Source of the DNA: a virus
Taxonomy: Duplodnaviria; Heunggongvirae; Uroviricota; Caudoviricetes
Virus record (IMG/VR): IMGVR_UViG_3300025066_000017
Direction: 5' to 3' (one strand)
Length of the DNA stretch: 64,000 bases
The notes beneath the pieces were generated by a model. It saw only the letters and a program-made list of their open reading frames with translations, did no database searches and was not told where the DNA came from. Shown here one piece after another: positions 8,067-15,874 of the stretch (positions within the stretch are counted from its first letter, which is position 1; the number at the start of each line of letters is the position of its first letter). Both the position numbers and the translations under genes were made by a program.

Positions 8067-9912
8067 ACAAATTCTCCTTTTGTCTTTTTCAAATCAGTAA
8101 AAACACAACTCTTTCATTAACTTCTAAATAAAAAAACTTTAGAGTCTAAAGATTCAACCCAAAAACCAACAAGAGCAGGAACACTCCTCCCAAAAAACAA
8201 TAATCCCCACCGATCTCTAAAAGATCACATCACCCCAAACACTAAAACATCTACCCTCAAACACCACTGCCACAAACAACTAAAGCTAAAATAACCACCC
8301 ACTAAAGCCCCGTTTTATCAAACACCCCTAAAGACCCATGGTTTTATTAACTTGACGCTTCTCATATCCCCAATCTAGAGTCGTCCTCATTGTTGTTATG
8401 TTTGGTAGATGCTTCCCAAAAAAAATCAGCACCCCTCGGATAGGGCGACCCCGGCTTAAACGAAAAAAGCCACCCTAGAGTATGGCAGCTTCTTTCTAGT
8501 TGCTTGTACAAAACCTAACCGAGTAAAGAAAGGAAGCACAAACTACCCGAACAAGATTAGAGTAAGGAGATCGACAAGAAATGTCAAATGTTTTCTTCAA
8601 CTCTGCAAACTCCCTTGCAGAGCCACTTCTCTCTTGCAATGAGAAAGAAATGATGAAGAATACAAATCTCTACAACACTTCTCGCAAAAATCCTCTCCCG
8701 GATGAGAAGGACCCTACCGTTCGATTTGGACCGAATGTATTTCATTGCGACTCTAACCTTGAACAACAATACCACCTAATCCCCACTACCCCCCACCAAT
8801 CATGCAATGACAACGACTCCACCCGCGTGGCCAAAATTGGAGTCAACTATCCAATTGCACATTTCTCTACGATTCTCCAAAAGCAACACTTCATTGGCGA
8901 AGCGCTGCGGAAAATTATACGGCAATTGCATAATGGGCAACTGAGAGGCCCACCCCTCCGATTCTGCAGTACCTCCTACAAAATGACCCTTGCCCCCCGA
9001 GGTCCAGAGACAACAAACAGTTATTCTCCAACAGGCAACACCACACCGTCACCCACATCACATAAACTTTTGTCCTCCAGAAGAAAACCAAACCACGGTG
9101 CGAACAAAAGTAACACCAATACCTCTTCTAGAGCGTTATGTGATCGCATGACACCGAACAACCACCCTGCTTGTGGACGAACGTATCTGCAGACGCCCTC
9201 TGGTAAAAAAAACTGCACACTTATGGGGAAACCACAACTCTGCAAAGAGTTGCTACATAGATAAGGGAACAAGTAACAAAGTGGCTCTTTTTTCGATTAC
9301 ACACGAGAATGATAACGAACTAGACACAAAACAAGTTCGCCCTCATACCTCACCATCCCTAAAAAGACACCCACTCTGATTGTCAGTCTTTGAGTTTCTT
9401 TGGTCATTTCTTCTCCGATAGGTCGTGAAACTCCTCCGGGAGTTACCCCCCAAATCCTATCCTACAAGCTCCTGACAACACCTCTTCAAAACTTATCGAA
9501 CTATCCCGATAGCACAGCACCCGATCTGTACCTCTTTTTTTGCACTGCACCACGAACAGATCAACACCCCCTTTGGCCTTGTATTGGTTGTACCAATCAA
9601 CCCATACGCCTAGCTGAAATCAAGAAGAGAAAACACAACACTAAAACTAGTTTCTCACATAAGTCAGAATCACCTTAAGTCATCCTTAACTTAAATTATC
9701 CCTGCCTTATTTCTTAACTAGTTCTAATCTCCCCTCCCATCAATTCTCTTCTTCTGATTAATTATTCTAATTTAAAATTTAGTGTTTTTTATCAGTTCTG
9801 CTCGGCCTCTCGCTTCGCTCTCTCTATTTCACGCCAAAAAGGGGGGAGTGCGTCTTCTGGATTCCTTGCATTTCGACCTTTTTAGTATTTTTAGACCGGG
9901 CTCAATCAGACC
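8067..9912. other. About 1.8 kb non-coding, strongly A+C-skewed (G-poor) tract between the divergent minus-strand (122-8066) and plus-strand (9913-15291) gene blocks
   Basis: No convincing ORF. Track ORFs here (8581-9264 and others) have non-protein-like N/S/T/P/H composition. The plus strand is nearly devoid of G over long stretches, for example 8160-8340. Contains degenerate half-sites of the palindrome (tctagagtc at about 8376; tctaaaagatc at about 8216) and the AT-rich leader of the + operon. Confidence 0.5.
8125..8143. promoter_or_regulatory. Palindrome variant AACTTTAGAGTCTAAAGAT, copy 2
   Basis: Upstream of the first minus-strand gene (7746-8066), at the edge of the non-coding tract. 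Confidence 0.65.
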
Positions 9913-10479
9913 ATGATGATAAATCGAAAACAAAGAGACGATGATACTATCACCCACATCCTGGCTATTAGTTTCAAGAGAGACAGTGAAACAGAAAGAA
10001 ACTTAAACATGATCCTCCAAGATGGTCCGTACAAAGACTGGGGGGATATGTTTATGAATTTGGCAGAGCTTGCCTTTTTCATTATCGACCGTAGAAAAAA
10101 TGGATATAAATTCTACCTAAGAGAGATTGGTCCCAATCAACCCTTTGTGGAGATACGCCAGCTTCCTGGTCCAGATCCCGATATAGAAAATCTCTTTAGA
10201 CAAGAAGAAGAGACTGATATAAAATTGCTCGACTTTGTTTATAAAGATGATGTGGGTAGAGAGAAATCTCTTTTATCGTTATCCAAGGATGATGAAGACA
10301 ATCCTGTGAATGAGCCTATGCCGGATGGACTATCTCAAGACATAGGTTCACCCGAGAATCTTCTTCTTCAGATCGATCCAGAAACGTTGCTAGGTATGAA
10401 GATATCGTTAGATCTTTCCTGGTATGAAAGAATCTGGTTCAGTTTTCGGCTCATGGTAAAAATAATCTTTAGACTCTAA
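9913..10479 (+). CDS. Hypothetical protein
   Basis: 188-aa ORF, first gene of the plus-strand block. Its stop codon lies inside a palindromic motif copy (10465-10483). Confidence 0.45.
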   Translation: MMINRKQRDDDTITHILAISFKRDSETERNLNMILQDGPYKDWGDMFMNLAELAFFIIDRRKNGYKFYLREIGPNQPFVEIRQLPGPDPDIENLFRQEEETDIKLLDFVYKDDVGREKSLLSLSKDDEDNPVNEPMPDGLSQDIGSPENLLLQIDPETLLGMKISLDLSWYERIWFSFRLMVKIIFRL

Positions 10480-10483
10480 AGAT
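10465..10483. promoter_or_regulatory. Palindrome ATCTTTAGACTCTAAAGAT, copy 3
   Basis: Overlaps the stop of gene 9913-10479. Lies 28 nt upstream of the ATG at 10512. Confidence 0.7.
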
Positions 10484-10511
10484 TATAAAATTCAACATTG
10501 GAGTATGTTCT

Positions 10512-10889
10512 ATGAAACTGATAATGGGTAAAGATTCCATCCAGAAAATGGATGATTGCGTAAAGCTGACAACCCTCAAGAATCATGCGGACTTCATTGG
10601 CACTTCCTGTGCAGTAATGGAGTTCATTGTTCTTCGTCAAGAAGAAGGGTGTCGGCTATGCATTCAAACTCCTCGTGGAGACATCTTGCCTGTGGAGGGA
10701 CTTCCTAAAAATTTATCTTGGAAAAAATCTGGGAAGAGAGAAAGAACTCTTTCAGTTTTTGATAATGTTATCGAGGTTTCTTTTGGCGAAAGTTCTTGTC
10801 TTGAGGTTGAACCAGTTCCGACAAAAACAAGTTGGTGGGTTTATGTTACTAATTGGCTTAGGAAAATATTTAGCCTCAAGAGCAAATAA
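10512..10889 (+). CDS. Hypothetical protein
   Basis: 125-aa ORF. GGAG Shine-Dalgarno-like sequence 8 nt upstream. Preceded by the palindrome. Confidence 0.4.
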   Translation: MKLIMGKDSIQKMDDCVKLTTLKNHADFIGTSCAVMEFIVLRQEEGCRLCIQTPRGDILPVEGLPKNLSWKKSGKRERTLSVFDNVIEVSFGESSCLEVEPVPTKTSWWVYVTNWLRKIFSLKSK

Positions 10890-10904
10890 CAACAGAGTAC
10901 ACAC

Positions 10905-11552
10905 ATGGAACAGCGGCCCTTATTTGCAAACCTTCCTATAATCCCTGCAACAGAGGGCATAGCCTACTATCACAAACACGCCGTATTTAGCTCGTGCGGG
11001 GCATATAGGTGGGTTTTGTTGCGTCGATGGGATAGCGCTATCGGTCGCCTACCCAGAGTCCTCTGGATAGCTCTCAACCCGTCCACTGCTAGTGGCGAAG
11101 AAGATGATCCAACGCTCAGACAAATAGTGAGCTTTTCGAAGCGTGAAGGCTTTGGAAGTCTTATGCTTTGCAATCTATTTGCTTTTTGCTCAACAGACCC
11201 AAAGGCCCTCAATGAAGATGCCATTGATTGTATAGGCGATCTATGTGACGCCTATCTCTATTCATCTGCCGCTTTATGTGATGCTGTGATCGTGGCGTGG
11301 GGAACAAATGTGGAAGGTTATGAAGAAAGGGCAAAGGCTATTGTCTCGCGCTTAAGCAAAACACAGAAAGTGTATTGTCTTGGGAAAACAAAGGATGGAT
11401 TCCCAAAGCATCCACTCTATCTACCCAAAGATGCCCCGCTTAGAATCTTTGCGAGACCAAAAGCAAAATGCCTATCCGCTACTGTTGAATCGGTAGGTAG
11501 AAAATACATACAGAAAATTTCTAGAAGGATACGTTATTCCATACGCAAGTAG
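10905..11552 (+). CDS. DUF1643 family protein
   Basis: AVFSSCGAYRWVLLRRWD...VLWIALNPSTASGEEDDPTLRQIVSFSKREGFGSLMLCNLFAF...DPKAL...VIVAWG...YCLGKTKDGFPKHPLYLPKD matches the hallmark DUF1643 blocks (YRY.L.R.W, MLNPSTAD...DPT, NLFA.R.TDP, AWG, GLTK.G.P.HPLY). Confidence 0.7.
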   Translation: MEQRPLFANLPIIPATEGIAYYHKHAVFSSCGAYRWVLLRRWDSAIGRLPRVLWIALNPSTASGEEDDPTLRQIVSFSKREGFGSLMLCNLFAFCSTDPKALNEDAIDCIGDLCDAYLYSSAALCDAVIVAWGTNVEGYEERAKAIVSRLSKTQKVYCLGKTKDGFPKHPLYLPKDAPLRIFARPKAKCLSATVESVGRKYIQKISRRIRYSIRK

Positions 11553-11563
11553 GAGAAAAGAGA

Positions 11564-11779
11564 ATGAGTTGTTTTCGGTGTGGTTATCATACTTGCAGAT
11601 GCGACGGTCGAAAATCTGTTCCGCCTGAAAAGCACAAAGACTTCACCAAGAATAATCCAAAAAATGAACCAGTCGGAAACTTCACGGGTAGATGCTATCA
11701 TTGTGGGTCTTCTGATTTGTGGACCGACAACCTAGCCTATGGCTGCAACTTTTGTGGTAAATTTCTAGGTGGAAATTAA
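11564..11779 (+). CDS. Small Cys-rich (Zn-ribbon-like) protein
   Basis: CFRCGYHTCRCDG...CYHCGSSDLW...CNFCGKF. Confidence 0.4.
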   Translation: MSCFRCGYHTCRCDGRKSVPPEKHKDFTKNNPKNEPVGNFTGRCYHCGSSDLWTDNLAYGCNFCGKFLGGN

Positions 11780-11782
11780 ATA

Positions 11783-12283
11783 ATGTCTCATTTTCGTTAT
11801 TGGATACTTACTCCCGACAACAAAGTAATAGAAACAACTCGAAAAAAACATCGTGATTGGTGGGCAAAGAACTTCGATGTAGAAGAATCCATAGCTGATA
11901 CTGGTGGTCGCGCTGATAAATGCCCATCTATCATTAAAAAAACTTGTTTTCTCGACGGAATAGTTCGAGTTTCCTCAGTTTTTCTAATGATCGAACATTG
12001 TTCTTATATGGGTGACGTAGTTATCAATGGCGAAAAGAGAGGGGCTCTTTTTGAAACTATGATTTTTGTAGATGCGGACAGTCCTTTTTATGCCACTCTC
12101 AATGAACATCAATGGAGATCTCACACTGTTGGAGAGTCTCTTGGAAACCATAATAAAGCATGTGATTTCGTTATTGCATATATAGAGGCACATGAGATTA
12201 GTAACGGAAACTTGTTTCCCAAAATAGAGGGTAAAGATGTTGTCTACTTACCCAAAAAAGAAAACACGGAGATAGAGCAGTGA
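11783..12283 (+). CDS. Hypothetical protein
   Basis: 166-aa ORF tightly packed with its neighbours (4-nt gap upstream; overlaps the start of the next ORF). Confidence 0.45.
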   Translation: MSHFRYWILTPDNKVIETTRKKHRDWWAKNFDVEESIADTGGRADKCPSIIKKTCFLDGIVRVSSVFLMIEHCSYMGDVVINGEKRGALFETMIFVDADSPFYATLNEHQWRSHTVGESLGNHNKACDFVIAYIEAHEISNGNLFPKIEGKDVVYLPKKENTEIEQ

Positions 12284-12765
12284 GCACCCGGATGCGAAAT
12301 GTTTCTTTGGGCTTCACAGAAGATGGATATTCATTATCAGGCAAGATATTCAAGGATCATTTCCATAACATACTTTTAGGCTTACATGCTATTGCGCGAT
12401 CATTTAAAGATGAAGATTGTGAGAAGAGTCTTTTTGGTAAAAAAACTTATTGCTTGCCATGCCCAACAACAAAAGAACAATGGGAGAAAATATTAGAAGT
12501 ATCAGAAAATGTTGCAACAGAGTGCGCAGGGATTATTTTATTTGTATCTGGAATAAGTGGAATTGATTGCTATGTCTTCTTAGACAAAGACTCAATAAGA
12601 GAATGTTTAGATGCCTCGGTATTTGAATCTCTTCATCATAACAATACGGAAACTGTATTTTTAGATCATCATAGAATTATCCCCAACACCATGTGCCCGT
12701 CTTGTAAACATAAATTTCATAGTGATAATCCAATAGATTTTGTTTCTATTCTTTTATCTTCTTAA
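12280..12765 (+). CDS. Hypothetical protein
   Basis: 161-aa ORF with a 4-nt overlap with the upstream gene. Confidence 0.45.
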   Translation: MSTRMRNVSLGFTEDGYSLSGKIFKDHFHNILLGLHAIARSFKDEDCEKSLFGKKTYCLPCPTTKEQWEKILEVSENVATECAGIILFVSGISGIDCYVFLDKDSIRECLDASVFESLHHNNTETVFLDHHRIIPNTMCPSCKHKFHSDNPIDFVSILLSS

Positions 12766-13059
12766 TTATCGCCTCTCATCCATATCCATCTCGCTCTCCT
12801 CTTCAATCTCAATTATCCCCTCCTCACTCTCTTCTGTAGGTAAACAAAAAAAGGTCGCCAACATCCTCCCTTGTCTTAACCTTAGTGAAATCAAGTCTTC
12901 CTTCTCCAATCCCATCTCTTCTGCTCTTACCCAAATTCTAGAAACCGCGTTACGTCGGCTTTCTCGTTTTCTTTTCCTCTGTTGGCGTCTATATCTCTTT
13001 CTTTCTGCAGGGCTTTGGTTTTGCTGTATCCATTCCCAGGTTTCGTTTCTTTTGGCCAT
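12766..13059 (-). CDS. Possible small protein with basic N-terminus and acidic C-terminus (lone minus-strand ORF in plus block)
   Basis: 97-aa ORF: RKRYRRQQRKRKRESRRN ... EESEEGIIEIEEESEMDMDERR. It is more protein-like than the overlapping plus-strand low-complexity ORF 12740-13099, but neither is certain. Confidence 0.3.
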   Translation of the reverse strand: MAKRNETWEWIQQNQSPAERKRYRRQQRKRKRESRRNAVSRIWVRAEEMGLEKEDLISLRLRQGRMLATFFCLPTEESEEGIIEIEEESEMDMDERR

Positions 13060-13091
13060 TTCAAAACTCCGAAAAAAAAATGAAGACGTAA

Positions 13092-13110
13092 ATCTTTAGA
13101 CTCTAAAGAT
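13092..13110. promoter_or_regulatory. Palindrome copy 4
   Basis: Lies between gene 12280-12765 (and the minus ORF 12766-13059) and the gene at 13270. Confidence 0.7.
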
Positions 13111-13269
13111 TTTGACAAAAACATCTTCTAAAAACAAGAGGAAATCAAAGGAAGAATGATGAAAGAAGAGACACAGGCGAAACAATCCCAATTTGAATGG
13201 ATTCAATTATCTTTCTAGATTTCAATCGAGAACTAGCCTAATTTTTTCTACTTACAGAGGAACTATCTC

Positions 13270-13755
13270 ATGAGAAAAGCTTTACCAGATCGAATTAGAA
13301 ACATCCTAAACCACCCCACCATCAGATTTGTTATTGATGCAATGGATGAAAATTTTGACAACGATCGCATCGGGGACTTATATCGTGAACTAAGCTCCAT
13401 TGCCAATGATGTCGAAGAGGAACTGGGAAAAAGAAGTCGTCGAAGAAGTCGAGTCAAAGAGGCATCTACGGCGACTGTTGACGTAATCGAAGATAATGAT
13501 AAAATTCTATCATCCCACGGAGTAGCAAGACTTCTACAAGTTAGCCCCTCCGCAGTCATTTCTTGGATTGACTCGGAAAAGCTTGATGGTTTTCGCACAA
13601 GTGGTGGCCACCGTCGCGTAAAAACAAGCAATCTTATCCTATTTCTCAAAGAACAAAACATGCCCATCCCCGCCGCTCTCATTGATACTGATGTCGACAT
13701 TAGCGTTGATACTCGTATCGACCTTAATGAGGATAAAGCACCACGACAACAATAA
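13270..13755 (+). CDS. DNA-binding protein with excisionase/MerR-type helix-turn-helix domain
   Basis: LSSHGVARLLQVSPSAVISWIDSEKLDGFRTSGGHRRVKTSNLILFL resembles the excisionase-family HTH (...lgvs..ti.r....g.lpa.k.Gr.wri....l..fl). Confidence 0.55.
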   Translation: MRKALPDRIRNILNHPTIRFVIDAMDENFDNDRIGDLYRELSSIANDVEEELGKRSRRRSRVKEASTATVDVIEDNDKILSSHGVARLLQVSPSAVISWIDSEKLDGFRTSGGHRRVKTSNLILFLKEQNMPIPAALIDTDVDISVDTRIDLNEDKAPRQQ

Positions 13756-13799
13756 TAAATTGCGCCTTATCCATAACAAAGAAGGAACTATGCACAATC

Positions 13800-14189
13800 A
13801 TGGAATCTCGCAACAAACCACGCACATGGAAAGAAAGAAAAGCGGTCATCGACCGCTGGGGATGGGGACTCTTCTCCTTTTTGGTAACAAACGGTCTAAC
13901 CGACATCAAACAAATACGATATATTCTACAAGCCCAAAAGGCCCTGTTGCGTGGTAGAGTGCAAAAAGCATTGGAGCTTATAGATCTGTGCTTGGATCTT
14001 ATGGAGCGAACTGCAGAGATATACGAACCCGCGATAGAAAAGCGACTTCGAGAATTGATCTTCGGCACATCATTCAAGGACGAGACTGAAGAACCTACTA
14101 CACCAAATGCAAAAAAGAGTGCTACGGGAGAAAATAATAATGGGGACTACGGAAATTTTCCCACCGGAATCGGTCGATATAACATGTGA
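13800..14189 (+). CDS. Hypothetical protein
   Basis: 129-aa ORF. Overlaps the next ORF in another frame. Start is uncertain. Confidence 0.35.
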   Translation: MESRNKPRTWKERKAVIDRWGWGLFSFLVTNGLTDIKQIRYILQAQKALLRGRVQKALELIDLCLDLMERTAEIYEPAIEKRLRELIFGTSFKDETEEPTTPNAKKSATGENNNGDYGNFPTGIGRYNM

Positions 14190-15291
14190 AGACTGCAAAG
14201 ACCACTATTGGTTTTCTAATAATATTGTCAAAGTCATTGCAGACACCACGGGGAGAGAGTTTGATATCCCCACCCCTCCCTTATTCGCAGTTCATATCTA
14301 CATAAAGAAAACGAGCCATCATCCTGCCTGCCCCCGATATATGGAATGGGTTGAAAAACTTACAAGCGAATGCTCATGTAAGACAGATGTATGGTCCGGA
14401 GAAGAAGTCAGAGAACTCTGCTATCTTATGGGTTGGAGTTTTTACGGGTCGATAGATGTTATAATGATACCTCGACATCATATCTCTTGTCCTCATTTTG
14501 AAACGTGGAAGACTAGATATTTATACTATAAAGAGCTATTGGTCGGTGTTGATATAAAACCACAAGCATCAGATACTTCTTTTACAGAAACGAAAGAAGA
14601 TTCCAAGAGAAGTGTAATGGTTAAAGCGCTTGATAAACTTATAGGAATAAGCGGACTCAACGCTAGGTTCTCTCCATGCCATCAAGAGAGAACATCCAGA
14701 AACTGGCTTGATCTCATTGGGGATGAGTTGGCAGAAGTTAGAGACCATCTGGATACGGATGGATCCTTTCTTGGTGATAAGGTCGACAATGAAATAGGTG
14801 ACTTGCTTTGGAATGTTGTTTGCTTCTGCAGACATCTTGCCGATGAATACCCAAACACTATCGAAAATGCTGTTCGCGATATACAAACAAAACTCATGAG
14901 ACGCAAACCCAATATCTTCGAGGGACATTCTTTGCCATCGTCCGATGACGAGCAAAGAATATGGAATAGAGAAAAGGGTGCAGAAAAGAAAGAACGATTC
15001 TCTTATATTCTGTCAGATATAGATTTTGGAAAAGAAATAATAGGCCCGGATGAGTCAACCAGAGTCTTTCCCGTTATTCTTCGAGAAGACTTCCCCACAA
15101 ACTGTCTAGTCATTGGGGACGCTACATTCTTGGATCTTTACCTAAACGGACTCCTTACAAAAGAAGCCTGCCTAAAAGAAATACATCTGCACTACAATGT
15201 AGAGGGAGTAACTACTCTTCCCGATACTATGAGCGAAGAACACCAAGAGAGATGGCTAGCTCTACTGAATCAGCTAGCTCTACTGGATTAA
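14107..15291 (+). CDS. MazG-like nucleotide pyrophosphohydrolase domain protein
   Basis: WLDLIGDELAEVRDHLD...NEIGDLLWNVVCFCRHLADEYPNTIENAVRDIQTKLMRRKP matches the all-alpha MazG NTP-PPase pattern (E.gE..ea.......e...ElgDvL..l..la...gid.e.a....l.K...R). The true start may be MGTTEIF at about 14140. Confidence 0.55.
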   Translation: MQKRVLREKIIMGTTEIFPPESVDITCEDCKDHYWFSNNIVKVIADTTGREFDIPTPPLFAVHIYIKKTSHHPACPRYMEWVEKLTSECSCKTDVWSGEEVRELCYLMGWSFYGSIDVIMIPRHHISCPHFETWKTRYLYYKELLVGVDIKPQASDTSFTETKEDSKRSVMVKALDKLIGISGLNARFSPCHQERTSRNWLDLIGDELAEVRDHLDTDGSFLGDKVDNEIGDLLWNVVCFCRHLADEYPNTIENAVRDIQTKLMRRKPNIFEGHSLPSSDDEQRIWNREKGAEKKERFSYILSDIDFGKEIIGPDESTRVFPVILREDFPTNCLVIGDATFLDLYLNGLLTKEACLKEIHLHYNVEGVTTLPDTMSEEHQERWLALLNQLALLD

Positions 15292-15872
15292 AAAATAGAC
15301 CCAACCACAACACCCTGCTCATCACTGTTAGCAAGGATGTACTGCAGGGCATCATAATTTAGTCTAAGCAATCGAAAAGCAGAGTAATCGCTTGTTATAT
15401 GAATCGCCATAAATCGAGGAAGATTTGTTCTTCTCCCTGTTGGAAGCCCCAAACGACGTCGAACATTGTTTAGATCTTGACGTATAGCCGTTTGCGACTC
15501 TTCAAATGTCAGATTTTGACGTCTAAGATTCCTCTCTTCGGGACGCTTGAACATGATGAACATTTGCTTGAGAAGTGGAAGCCTGGAGAACAAAGTCCCC
15601 ACTCGTCTTGCGAGTTGTGAGATGCACTGATAGGGACATGAGCAGGAACCAGACTCCTGCAAACAAACCATCGCAGGAACGCTTGGATTATCACGACGCC
15701 ATAAAATATCTTCGGGTTGCATATATTTCAACCCAATAAACATTGTGTGACCCGCAAATAAAAAATAAGGAATACTCGTATTTTCTGCGACCTGTATGCT
15801 TTCGACGGACTTTATTATTCTGTCGCTAGGAGGAACTCGACTCCCATCGAGATTAATATCTCTACCTTCCAT
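15288..15872 (-). CDS. Hypothetical protein (last gene of structural module, convergent with MazG-like gene)
   Basis: 194-aa ORF starting 3 nt after the stop of the beta-helix tailspike gene. Confidence 0.4.
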   Translation of the reverse strand: MEGRDINLDGSRVPPSDRIIKSVESIQVAENTSIPYFLFAGHTMFIGLKYMQPEDILWRRDNPSVPAMVCLQESGSCSCPYQCISQLARRVGTLFSRLPLLKQMFIMFKRPEERNLRRQNLTFEESQTAIRQDLNNVRRRLGLPTGRRTNLPRFMAIHITSDYSAFRLLRLNYDALQYILANSDEQGVVVGSIF

Positions 15873-15874
15873 TC

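Noticed and set aside
8581-9264. 227-aa plus-strand ORF in the non-coding tract (and neighbours 9021-9272, 9173-9379, 9400-9678)
   Set aside because: Composition is dominated by N/S/T/P/H/K from A+C-rich DNA. There is no Shine-Dalgarno sequence, and ORFs on both strands overlap. This is consistent with random open frames in G-poor sequence.
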